Shown here: positions 8,373 to 16,406 of the stretch, one piece after another
Numbering within the stretch: position 1 is the first letter of the stretch
Layout of the letters: each line of letters opens with the position of its first letter
DNA from: Candidatus Nitrospira inopinata
GTDB taxonomy: Bacteria; Nitrospirota; Nitrospiria; Nitrospirales; Nitrospiraceae
Direction of reading: 5' to 3'
Assembly: GCF_001458695.1 (NCBI RefSeq)
Contig: NZ_LN885086.1
Location: 930,001-962,000 of the forward strand
Length of the DNA stretch: 32,000 nucleotides
Made by a program: the position numbers and the translations under genes
Notes under the pieces: generated by a model
Seen by the model: only the letters and a program-made list of their open reading frames with translations
Told to the model about the DNA's origin: nothing
Databases searched by the model: none

Positions 8373-9680
8373 TCACGATGGGGCGCCGACACCGGCCGTT
8401 TCCGCTTGATAGGGACACCGCCCCAGCCGAATGTGCTCTTCATACTCGTGACGGAACAGCTTGACGCTGCTCTGCACCAAGACCGATGCGCCCGTCACCA
8501 GGGTGCAATAGCCGGTGCCTTTGACAAAACCGCAGAGCTGCAACAGACTGTCGAGGTCCTTTTGCGTGCCATGGCCTTCTTCAATCTTGCTCATGAGGGC
8601 GGCCAAGTTGATCGTGCCCATCCGACAGGGAGGGCATTGGCCGCAACTCTCGTTCTTGAAAAACTTTGAGAAGTGGAGCGTCTTGGCCACCATGCACGTG
8701 GCGTCATCCACGACGATGACACCGGCGGAGCCCAGGCCGGTTCCCGCTTGCTTGAGCGAATCGAAGTCCATGCGGAGGTCGAGTTGATCGGCCGTCACCA
8801 TCGAAAATGCCGGCCCCCCCGGAAAGACCGCCTTGATCTTGCGTCCTCCCGGCACGCCCCCTCCGCACCGCTCGATCAAGGTCCGGATCGTCACTCCCAT
8901 GGGCATTTCATATACACCGGGACGGTTGACGGCCCCGCTCAATGAAAACATCATGGTGCCCGGACACTTTTCCGTCCCCACTTGGGTAAACCACGCCGCT
9001 CCTTTTTGGAGAATCCGGGGAACGTTGCAGAGCGTCTCGACGTTGTTCACCAAGGTCGGCTTTCCATACAAGCCGAAGTCGGTGGGATAAAAGGGCGGTT
9101 TCTGTCTGGGCATGGCCGGACGCCCTTGCATCGATTCCAACATGGCGGTCTCTTCGCCCGCGACGTAGCTCCCGTATCCCTCAAAAATTTGCAGGTCCAC
9201 GTCCACACCGCTCCCGAAGACGTTGGTCCCCAGAAGACCGCGCGCTTTCGCCTGATCCAGCGCCTTTTTCAGATTCTCCCGCTCTTCGTGATACTCATGA
9301 TTCACATAAATGAACGAGGCTTTGGCCTTCACCGTATGCGACGCGATCAAGCACCCTTCGATCAATTGATGGGGGAGCATCCGCAGCAAATGACGGTCTT
9401 TGAACGTCCCCGGTTCATGTTCGCCGGCATTGCAGACAAAGTATCGCTCCCGGACCCGATGATTGAGCACCTTGTCCCACTTGACTCCCGTGGGGAACCC
9501 GGCTCCCCCTCGCCCTCGCAGACCGGATTTCTTGAGCTCATCCACCACTTGCGCCGCGCTCAATTCCTTGACGCAGCGTTTCCACGCCTCATAGCCCCCG
9601 ACGTTCAGGTAGCCGTCGATCTCCCACGGCTCACCGTCAAGTTGCTGAACCAGTCGCGGCTCTTCACCGATCAGCATCAC
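8373..9680 (-). CDS. NuoF-like NAD(P)H-binding FMN/4Fe-4S flavoprotein (complex I 51-kDa subunit family), stand-alone
   Basis: GLRGRGGAGFPTGVKW (FMN/NADH site) and ESCGQCPPCRMGT plus a downstream GYCTL cysteine (N3-type 4Fe-4S). 435 aa. No other nuo genes are present in the window. Confidence 0.9.
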   Translation of the reverse strand: MMLIGEEPRLVQQLDGEPWEIDGYLNVGGYEAWKRCVKELSAAQVVDELKKSGLRGRGGAGFPTGVKWDKVLNHRVRERYFVCNAGEHEPGTFKDRHLLRMLPHQLIEGCLIASHTVKAKASFIYVNHEYHEERENLKKALDQAKARGLLGTNVFGSGVDVDLQIFEGYGSYVAGEETAMLESMQGRPAMPRQKPPFYPTDFGLYGKPTLVNNVETLCNVPRILQKGAAWFTQVGTEKCPGTMMFSLSGAVNRPGVYEMPMGVTIRTLIERCGGGVPGGRKIKAVFPGGPAFSMVTADQLDLRMDFDSLKQAGTGLGSAGVIVVDDATCMVAKTLHFSKFFKNESCGQCPPCRMGTINLAALMSKIEEGHGTQKDLDSLLQLCGFVKGTGYCTLVTGASVLVQSSVKLFRHEYEEHIRLGRCPYQAETAGVGAPS

Positions 9681-9858
9681 CGACTCCGCTTCTCGTTACA
9701 TGGCATTCAGCGATGATTTCTCCCGCCGGCACTATACGGCGCCTTTTCCCGGCCCGTCAAGGCAATGGCCGACGCCTAGGCCCCAATCGTCGAACACGAC
9801 GGGCTAGGAGACCCATCAACCTCTAGGCATAGAGGGGATGATTGGAATCTTGGGGAAC

Positions 9859-9888
9859 GCCGCCGGTGGAGGCTCCTCCGCCGGCGGC
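9859..9888 (-). terminator. strong GC hairpin just 3' of the membrane-protein gene (candidate terminator, no U-tract)
   Basis: GCCGCCGGTGGAGG-CT-CCTCCGCCGGCGGC forms a 14-bp stem with one G-U wobble, beginning 12 nt after the stop at 9901. There is no clean T run, so factor independence is uncertain. Confidence 0.4.
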
Positions 9889-9900
9889 AAGGACGGCCTT

Positions 9901-10488
9901 TTATCGAAAGTGACTGCCGGCCCCCATGAAAAACAACATGGGGATCGACAACATGAAGTTCACCCGAGAGGCCAGCAACGCGGTCCGCCCCCATTGCGCC
10001 ATTTCAGGCGGCGCCGGAGTCCCCTGCGCGGCGGCGGTCACGGCGGCGATGATCTTCTTCTGGTTCGGCCAGATGATCCCATGGACGTTGCCCATCATGA
10101 TGATGCCGAGCAATCCTCCGATCGCCAGGGCCACCGCCCCCGTGCCGCCCTTGTGGTACATCATGCCGTACAAGAGCACGCCTGCAAGTACCGTCACGGT
10201 GGCCCCGTGACGGAACCAATTGAGCGCGGCCGGCATGAGTTTCGGAATCACGACGTTTTTGGTCGGCCCATCCAGGCTTTTCAAAAAGGCGGCGTTAATC
10301 AAGTTAAAGAAATACAACAAGCCGATCCAGGTGATCCCCGCCAGGAAATGGATCCACCGGAGAATCATCTGGGGCCAATCGGCTTCGCCGGCGCCGATGC
10401 CGGTCAACCCCAAATAGACGACGATCAATACAACGGAGAGCGCAAACCCCGCGGCCATGGTCTGCATTGGATCTTCAAGAAATTTCAT
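9901..10488 (-). CDS. integral membrane protein, about 5 TM helices, resembling the N-terminal membrane domain of PuuD-type urate hydroxylases
   Basis: 195 aa with five hydrophobic segments. AAGGAGGA Shine-Dalgarno sequence. The motif RWIHFLAGITWIGLLYFFN recalls the WxHxxxGIxWIG..FYF signature as I remember it. The family assignment is tentative. Confidence 0.7.
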   Translation of the reverse strand: MKFLEDPMQTMAAGFALSVVLIVVYLGLTGIGAGEADWPQMILRWIHFLAGITWIGLLYFFNLINAAFLKSLDGPTKNVVIPKLMPAALNWFRHGATVTVLAGVLLYGMMYHKGGTGAVALAIGGLLGIIMMGNVHGIIWPNQKKIIAAVTAAAQGTPAPPEMAQWGRTALLASRVNFMLSIPMLFFMGAGSHFR

Positions 10489-10650
10489 AATCCTCCTTGT
10501 CGCACGGTTGACGTCAGCTTGTGTCTCTACTTCAGTCTTTCTCCGAATGTCAAGTCACCGCACGGCCTCTCGATGAGGCGCCGACGAACCGGCGGCACCG
10601 AATGGGATGGTCGCCGACCGCGCATTTTTCCATGAGCAACCCGATAAGGT

Positions 10651-11589
10651 TTACGCCATGAGCTCGTCGACCCTCGCGCACAGCTCTCGCACCGCATCGG
10701 CCGATGCGTTCAGCGCCGTTCGTTCGTCAGGCTCAAGGTCGTATTCAACGATCTCTTCGACACCGGCGCGTCCGATCCTGACCGGAACGCCGACGATCAC
10801 GTTCTTGAGCCCGTACTCCCCCTCGCAAAGGACGGAACACGGCATCACCCGCTTTTCATCCTTGTAAATCGCCTCCACCATATCGACGGCCGAAGCCGAC
10901 GGCGCATAGAAGGCGCTGCCCGTCTTCAGTAAGCCGACGATCTCGGCCCCGCCGTCGCGCGTGCGCTTGACGATCGCGTCCAGCTTCTCCTTGGACATCA
11001 GGGCCGACACGGGCGTGCCTCGGACCGTCGTGTAGCGGGGAAGCGGCACCATCGTGTCGCCGTGCCCTCCCAGCACCATGGCCTGGACGTCCGGTCCCGG
11101 CACGTTCAACTCCTCCGCGATGAACGAGCGCATGCGGGCCGAATCCAACACCCCTCCCATGCCGATGACCCTGGACTTAGGCAGACCGCTGACGCGACGC
11201 GCCACGTGCACCATGGCGTCCAGCGGATTCGTGACAAGGATCAAAATGATGTCCGGGGAACGGGACACCAGCTCGGACACGACGGATTTGACGATCTTTG
11301 CATTGGTCGCCAACAACTCATCGCGGCTCATCCCCGGCTTTCGCGGCATACCCGACGTGATCACCGCGATCGCCGAGCCGGTCGTTTCCGCGTAGCCGTT
11401 GGTGCCGATTACGCGGGTGCTGTATCCGCAGATCGGCCCCGCTTGAGAAATGTCGAGGGCCTTGCCCTGGGGGATCCCCTCGGCGATGTCAACCAAGACC
11501 ACGTCGTAGGTATCTTTCTCCGCCAGCCGCTGAGCGGTCGTTCCCCCGACGTTCCCCGCGCCCACTACGGTGACTTTGGCTCGTTTCAT
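10651..11589 (-). CDS. mdh: malate dehydrogenase (LDH-like, MDH type 3)
   Basis: [12 protein letters not shown] Rossmann motif, [13 protein letters not shown] and GGHGDTMVP motifs. The start MKRAKV at 11589 is preceded by GGGAGGGG. The ORF track extends to 11673. Confidence 0.94.
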   Translation of the reverse strand: MKRAKVTVVGAGNVGGTTAQRLAEKDTYDVVLVDIAEGIPQGKALDISQAGPICGYSTRVIGTNGYAETTGSAIAVITSGMPRKPGMSRDELLATNAKIVKSVVSELVSRSPDIILILVTNPLDAMVHVARRVSGLPKSRVIGMGGVLDSARMRSFIAEELNVPGPDVQAMVLGGHGDTMVPLPRYTTVRGTPVSALMSKEKLDAIVKRTRDGGAEIVGLLKTGSAFYAPSASAVDMVEAIYKDEKRVMPCSVLCEGEYGLKNVIVGVPVRIGRAGVEEIVEYDLEPDERTALNASADAVRELCARVDELMA

Positions 11590-11669
11590 ATCCGCCCCTC
11601 CCACACGAAGGCATTGTTGACGCCGCGTCAAGATCCGTTCAGCTTGCTCGCGCGGCTTCGGCCTGTCCT

Positions 11670-12080
11670 TCACCCCTCATGTTCCGTCCAGCCCGCCACT
11701 TTGAAGTTGATCGTGCAGACAAAATTCTCTCCGTCGTAAAAATTGAGTTTGATCTTCTTTTTGCCGTACCGGCTCGCCAGAAACTCCTCGGGATTCTCGA
11801 CCAGTTCCCGATACCCGCCGGGCGGGTACTCTCCCAGTTCGTGAAACACGACGATCATCCCTTCCTTCACTTCTTGGAGCACCTTGACGCGACAACGCGG
11901 AAAGACTTCCCAGAACTTGGCCTCGATCATCTCCTTGGTCGGTTCCGGACGATCCTCTCCCGCTGCCACCGGCTGGGCGAACTTGGCCAACCGGCGGACG
12001 TAGGGATACTGATGCCCCGTAAACAGTTTATAGAGCCATGGCGGAACGGGCGGTTTTGCCGTCACTTCTCCCTCTTGCAT
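11670..12080 (-). CDS. hypothetical protein (136 aa), no recognisable domain
   Basis: The ATG lies 16 nt downstream of the vWA gene stop on the same strand. Codon usage matches the neighbours. I can name no motif. Confidence 0.6.
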   Translation of the reverse strand: MQEGEVTAKPPVPPWLYKLFTGHQYPYVRRLAKFAQPVAAGEDRPEPTKEMIEAKFWEVFPRCRVKVLQEVKEGMIVVFHELGEYPPGGYRELVENPEEFLASRYGKKKIKLNFYDGENFVCTINFKVAGWTEHEG

Positions 12081-12096
12081 CCGCTCTCGCGGCCTT

Positions 12097-15000
12097 TCAC
12101 GCCGTCAGCCGCCGATACACGTTCGGCAGTCGCGTCGGCAGCGACTCGACGCGATCGATGACCGCGAATCGCACGTCGCCGTACATGCGCCGTTGGTACT
12201 CGGTCGTCTCCTGATCGATGGTCACGCAAAACGGATGGATGCCGTGCCGCCGAGCCTCTTGCAACGCTCTCTTGGTGTCCTCCACGGCGTAGTCGTCCTT
12301 GTAATCCTCCCCGTCCAGCGGCCTGCCGTCGCTCAGGAGGATCAACAGTCGATGCTTGGCGCTCCGCTTGAGCAACTTGGCCGAGGCGTGGCGAATCGCC
12401 GCCCCGTCTCGATTTTGTCGTCGAGGACCGAGCCCCCCCAGCCGACGGGCGGCGGCCGTCCCCAATCGATCGTCGAAATCCTTGACGACGAAAAAATCGA
12501 CGGACGCGGCCCCCTCGCCCGAATAGGCGTAGAGACCGTATTGATCGCCGACGGCCTCCAGCGCCTCACAGAGCAGCACGAGGCTTTCCTTCTCGATATC
12601 GATCACCCGGCGTCCGCCGTCGAGCTTCCGGCTCGTCGACCCGCTGATATCGACCAAGAACGCGGCGGCGACGTTACGGTCCCGCTTGTCCCGCCGAATA
12701 TACACACGATCGCTCCCCTCCAGCCCCGCCCGCAATTCCGCGGCCCTTCGGACGACGGCGTCGAGGTCCGGATCGTCCCCCTCCGCTTGTCCGGCGACGC
12801 GGCGGTAGGCGACAGGCCGCAGGCTCTCGAAGAGCTTCCGAAGCGACGCAATCTCGCCGCGACGGCTCGCGAGAATCGTCTCGACGCCGTCGTCGGAGCC
12901 GGCGTCCGCAGGCCGTTCGATGATTCGGCAGCGGTTGACGCGGTAATCCTGAATCGAATAATCCCACTCCGGATAACGGACGGTCCGTTCCGAGGACACC
13001 GCCGACTCCGGCTTCCATCGCCGCTCGACATCGACCGACAGCAACTCCTCAACGGCGGCGGGCATCCGTTGACCGCCGGCCGGCTTGTCGCTCGCATCGG
13101 CCTCCCGACCTTCCCGCTCGGCGCCAGAGACCGCGTCGCTTCGTCCGGAAAACGAGTCTTCTTTATCAGTACCGGTCGTCCCGCTTCCCTCGGCGTCTTG
13201 TTCATCGTCCTGCTTGGTCGGCTCCCCGTCCCATGTAATGAACCCCGGATTCATCTCACCGCGGTGGGCATGGTTGATCAGAGGACGGTACATATCGGTC
13301 GGCTGTTCGGAAACGAGCGGGGCCGGCGGGGCCGTTTGACTTTCATCGGCCGGCCGGTCCTCCTGCAAGTCATCCCCGCGTCGCTTCGAGTGCGACGCCG
13401 CCAGTTCCCCGATCTTGACGTACAGCGCGTCGGTCAGGCGCACGGCATCCTCCGCCGTCGCCCCCTTCCGGAAAAGCGGCCGGCACAGAGCCCATAGCTC
13501 GGAGACCTCCCGCTCGATCGCCCGAGGGACCGCCGAATCGGGAGATTCGCCCGTTGAAAGGCGCAAGAGACCGTCGACCATCAGTTCCGTGACCGTGGTC
13601 GTCTGATCGCTGCGCCGTGACGCCACGGCCTCGGCCGCCAAGAGGGCGAGATCGTGCCGCAGTCCCGGATATTCCGTTTGGAGCAGGAATTCAACGCGCG
13701 CATCTTCCACAACGGTCCATAGATCTTGCGCCAGCTTGGGCAACGGATAAAGCTGAAACAACGCGTTCAACGTCCCGGGAACGGGACGCGATAAACGGCC
13801 GTATCGTTGCCGGACTTCCTCGATCACATCCGCAAGCGCCGCCAGCCTGAGCCGATACGTGCCAAATTGCAAGTGACCGGCTTCGTGCGCCGCCATGACC
13901 ATGGCCCACCGTTCATTTTCCTCCGCCGTGGCGTAGCGGCGAAGGATCGCCGGCAAGAACATCGTGCGCCCGTCCGGGCTGACCGTCGCTCGGGCGTCGG
14001 CGGCCGACGCCGACTCGGGAAGCGTCGCAATCGTGACGTCCGTTCCGCAAAGCCCTTGGACGAAAAGTTTGATTCTCCGGGCAACCCGCCGAAGCGGGAC
14101 ACCCGCCATCGCCCGTTCAAGCGAGGCAAGGGCGTTGCGGGATTCCATCCCAAAATAGACCCGTCCCCCCTCCCGGCTGTACGCCAACACGTCCATGCCG
14201 GCCTTGAGCCACGTCTCAAACCGCGAGCGGGCTTGAGGTCCCTCCCCGATCAACGTCATGACGTCCGGGCCGCGCCGAAGATAGAGGAGCGCCGCCTCCG
14301 CGTCGCGTTCGGCGAGCAGGACGGCGTATTGCAGCAATTCGAGCCGTCGCTCCTCCGACGACAGCATCCGCAAGAGATGCGGCGCCTCCGCAAGCCATGC
14401 GACCGCCGACTCGGGGGAACGTTCGGCCAGCGACGATGCCACCCGCAGCGACTGCGAACGAACGGCGGGCTGTTCGATTTCCCCCAGCACCGTCGGGCTC
14501 GTGCGCATGAACTCGATCATGGCCAGATAATCCGGCTTGCCCAACGTATTGGTGGTGACGAGATGCGTGCCCACCGACAGCCACGTTCGGACGTCCTCGA
14601 TTCGCAGCACGGCGGCCACACGAGCCATCTGTCGGACGTACTCAATGCCCGCCACCGAGTCGACCGCCGCCAGTTCAAGGCCGACGTCGAGCCAGCGCCT
14701 GGCGTCTCCGAACGGAATCGTCCTCTCAAGATCCGGCGCGACGCGCAAAAATTCCAACGCCGCCGTGACGTCGCGATCGGCCGCCTCGATCCCAAGGGCG
14801 AGGGCCTCTCCGCGCGTCTCGGTTCGTTCCAGTAAGCCGAGGATCATGGGGCTCTCCTTGAAGTATCTCAAGGCGGCGGCTCCGGACGATTGAGCCAACA
14901 CGACGCCCATGTCCAACCAGGGAACGATTACGGAAAGTCCGCCCTGCCGATCGAGCTCGGGAAGGGCGTCAACCGCCGCCCGCGCTACTTTGGCCGACGT

Positions 15001-15201
15001 CGCCTCGAGCTCATCCAGCAGGGCCGCGAGGTGCGCCACGGCATCGGGCCGATCCGCCGATGCTTCCGTTCGCGCGACAAACGCGCGAGCGGTCTCGGCG
15101 CCCAGACCGGCAGCCAGCCGGTGTGCCAATCCGCTTCGGACCGAACAGTCGCTCATGAGTCCCACGGCAAAAGACGAAAGGCCTCGATTGTAATGGAGCA
15201 A
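12097..15201 (-). CDS. large NorD/CbbO-like von Willebrand factor A (vWA) domain protein with N-terminal repeats and an HExxH motif
   Basis: 1034 aa. The C-terminal vWA domain has the MIDAS motif DISGS (aa 851-855, nt 12637-12651) and an LILLSDGRP strand. About six repeats of the form W-L-x-x-G...A..Y/F...P..L span aa 95-360. HEAGH is at aa 439-443 (nt 13873-13887, verified codon by codon). An acidic low-complexity linker spans aa 657-706. The start is uncertain between the TTG at 15201 and the ATG at 15156. Confidence 0.85.
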   Translation of the reverse strand: MLHYNRGLSSFAVGLMSDCSVRSGLAHRLAAGLGAETARAFVARTEASADRPDAVAHLAALLDELEATSAKVARAAVDALPELDRQGGLSVIVPWLDMGVVLAQSSGAAALRYFKESPMILGLLERTETRGEALALGIEAADRDVTAALEFLRVAPDLERTIPFGDARRWLDVGLELAAVDSVAGIEYVRQMARVAAVLRIEDVRTWLSVGTHLVTTNTLGKPDYLAMIEFMRTSPTVLGEIEQPAVRSQSLRVASSLAERSPESAVAWLAEAPHLLRMLSSEERRLELLQYAVLLAERDAEAALLYLRRGPDVMTLIGEGPQARSRFETWLKAGMDVLAYSREGGRVYFGMESRNALASLERAMAGVPLRRVARRIKLFVQGLCGTDVTIATLPESASAADARATVSPDGRTMFLPAILRRYATAEENERWAMVMAAHEAGHLQFGTYRLRLAALADVIEEVRQRYGRLSRPVPGTLNALFQLYPLPKLAQDLWTVVEDARVEFLLQTEYPGLRHDLALLAAEAVASRRSDQTTTVTELMVDGLLRLSTGESPDSAVPRAIEREVSELWALCRPLFRKGATAEDAVRLTDALYVKIGELAASHSKRRGDDLQEDRPADESQTAPPAPLVSEQPTDMYRPLINHAHRGEMNPGFITWDGEPTKQDDEQDAEGSGTTGTDKEDSFSGRSDAVSGAEREGREADASDKPAGGQRMPAAVEELLSVDVERRWKPESAVSSERTVRYPEWDYSIQDYRVNRCRIIERPADAGSDDGVETILASRRGEIASLRKLFESLRPVAYRRVAGQAEGDDPDLDAVVRRAAELRAGLEGSDRVYIRRDKRDRNVAAAFLVDISGSTSRKLDGGRRVIDIEKESLVLLCEALEAVGDQYGLYAYSGEGAASVDFFVVKDFDDRLGTAAARRLGGLGPRRQNRDGAAIRHASAKLLKRSAKHRLLILLSDGRPLDGEDYKDDYAVEDTKRALQEARRHGIHPFCVTIDQETTEYQRRMYGDVRFAVIDRVESLPTRLPNVYRRLTA

Positions 15202-15266
15202 AATTCCCCTGTAAACTAGCGAACAGCGTCGTTCCGGCCTGAAAAGATGATAGAGAGGAGCGGTCC

Positions 15267-15695
15267 GTGGCTGAACCGAAACCAGAGAGTCTCGAGAAGA
15301 TCGTCAAGTTCGTGCAGGGATACGCCGAGAAGAGCGGCACCGTCATGCATCCCAACCCCTCCGTCACCGAGGCGGTCGTCAAGGGTCTGGCGATGCACCT
15401 GGATGAGCTCGGCAAACCGCTCTGCCCTTGCAATTTTTACAAGGATAAGCAGGCGGAAGCCAAACTGCGACGTTGGATCTGCGCCTGCGACGAAATGCAG
15501 ATCTACAAGTACTGTCATTGCCTGCTTTTCGTTCGTGAAGACGGCATGCCGATCACCGAATATCTCCCCGAAGGGCATGAAGGCCGGGAAATCTATGGAA
15601 TCGTTCCCGACCCTACCCCGGGGAAAGGACGCGCGCTCAAGCACAAAGCGGCGAGTCAGGCTTCGAGACCGGACGAAGCACCGACGGGTTCGTAG
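15267..15695 (+). CDS. ferredoxin:thioredoxin reductase catalytic (beta) subunit-like protein
   Basis: GTG start with GAGAGGAG Shine-Dalgarno sequence 6 nt upstream. The Cys signature CPC(53-55)-X16-CAC(72-74)-X8-CHC(83-85) was counted by hand and matches the FTR catalytic-chain CPC-X16-CPC-X8-CHC spacing. The N-terminal region resembles FTR-B (KFVQGYAEKSG...P.V...V.GLA.H.DELG.PLCPC). Confidence 0.85.
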   Translation: MAEPKPESLEKIVKFVQGYAEKSGTVMHPNPSVTEAVVKGLAMHLDELGKPLCPCNFYKDKQAEAKLRRWICACDEMQIYKYCHCLLFVREDGMPITEYLPEGHEGREIYGIVPDPTPGKGRALKHKAASQASRPDEAPTGS

Positions 15696-15722
15696 CGGCC
15701 GTGACCGGAAGGTAGGGGCGTC

Positions 15723-16406
15723 ATGCGCATTCTCCTCGTCGAAGACGACTTGGATCTGGCGCAGTTCATCCGCAAGGGCCTCAAGGAAGAAAACTATGCC
15801 GTGGACTTCGCGGCGGACGGTGAAGCGGGGCTCGCCATGGCGTTGAGCAATCCCTACGACCTGCTGATTTTGGACGTCATGCTTCCCAAGCTGGACGGCC
15901 TTGCGCTTTGCCGCAGCATTCGAGCCAAAGGCAACATGACGCCGGTCCTGCTGCTGACCGCGCGCAACACCGTGGAGACGAAGGTGTCAGGTTTTGACAT
16001 CGGCGCTGATCAATTTCTGGCGAAGCCCTTTGCCTTCGTCGAATTGTTGGCGCGGGTCAGAGCCCTCCTGCGTCGGGGCAGCGCCCAGCCGTCGGCCCAT
16101 TTGCACGCAGCCGATTTGACGCTGGACCCGGTGACGCACCGTGTCTGGCGGGCCGGTCAGGAAATCTCGCTCACCAACAAGGAGTACGCGCTGCTGGAAT
16201 TTCTCCTCCGGAACAAGAACCGCGTTCTGACCCGAACGGTCATCATCGAACACGTTTGGGACATCAGCTACGACCCCATGACCAACATCGTGGACGCCCA
16301 TATTCGAGCCCTGCGGGCCAAGATCGACCATAATTTTTCTCCGCCGCTCATCACGACGGTGCGCGGCGCGGGCTACATGCTGGAGGACCCGGAGCAGACG
16401 GCATGA
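15723..16406 (+). CDS. OmpR/PhoB-family response regulator (heavy-metal CusR/CopR-like subgroup)
   Basis: Receiver domain (LLVEDD, DLLILDVMLP, LLLTA, KPF) plus a C-terminal winged-helix domain (LTNKEYALLEFL, TVRGAGYML). Confidence 0.95.
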   Translation: MRILLVEDDLDLAQFIRKGLKEENYAVDFAADGEAGLAMALSNPYDLLILDVMLPKLDGLALCRSIRAKGNMTPVLLLTARNTVETKVSGFDIGADQFLAKPFAFVELLARVRALLRRGSAQPSAHLHAADLTLDPVTHRVWRAGQEISLTNKEYALLEFLLRNKNRVLTRTVIIEHVWDISYDPMTNIVDAHIRALRAKIDHNFSPPLITTVRGAGYMLEDPEQTA

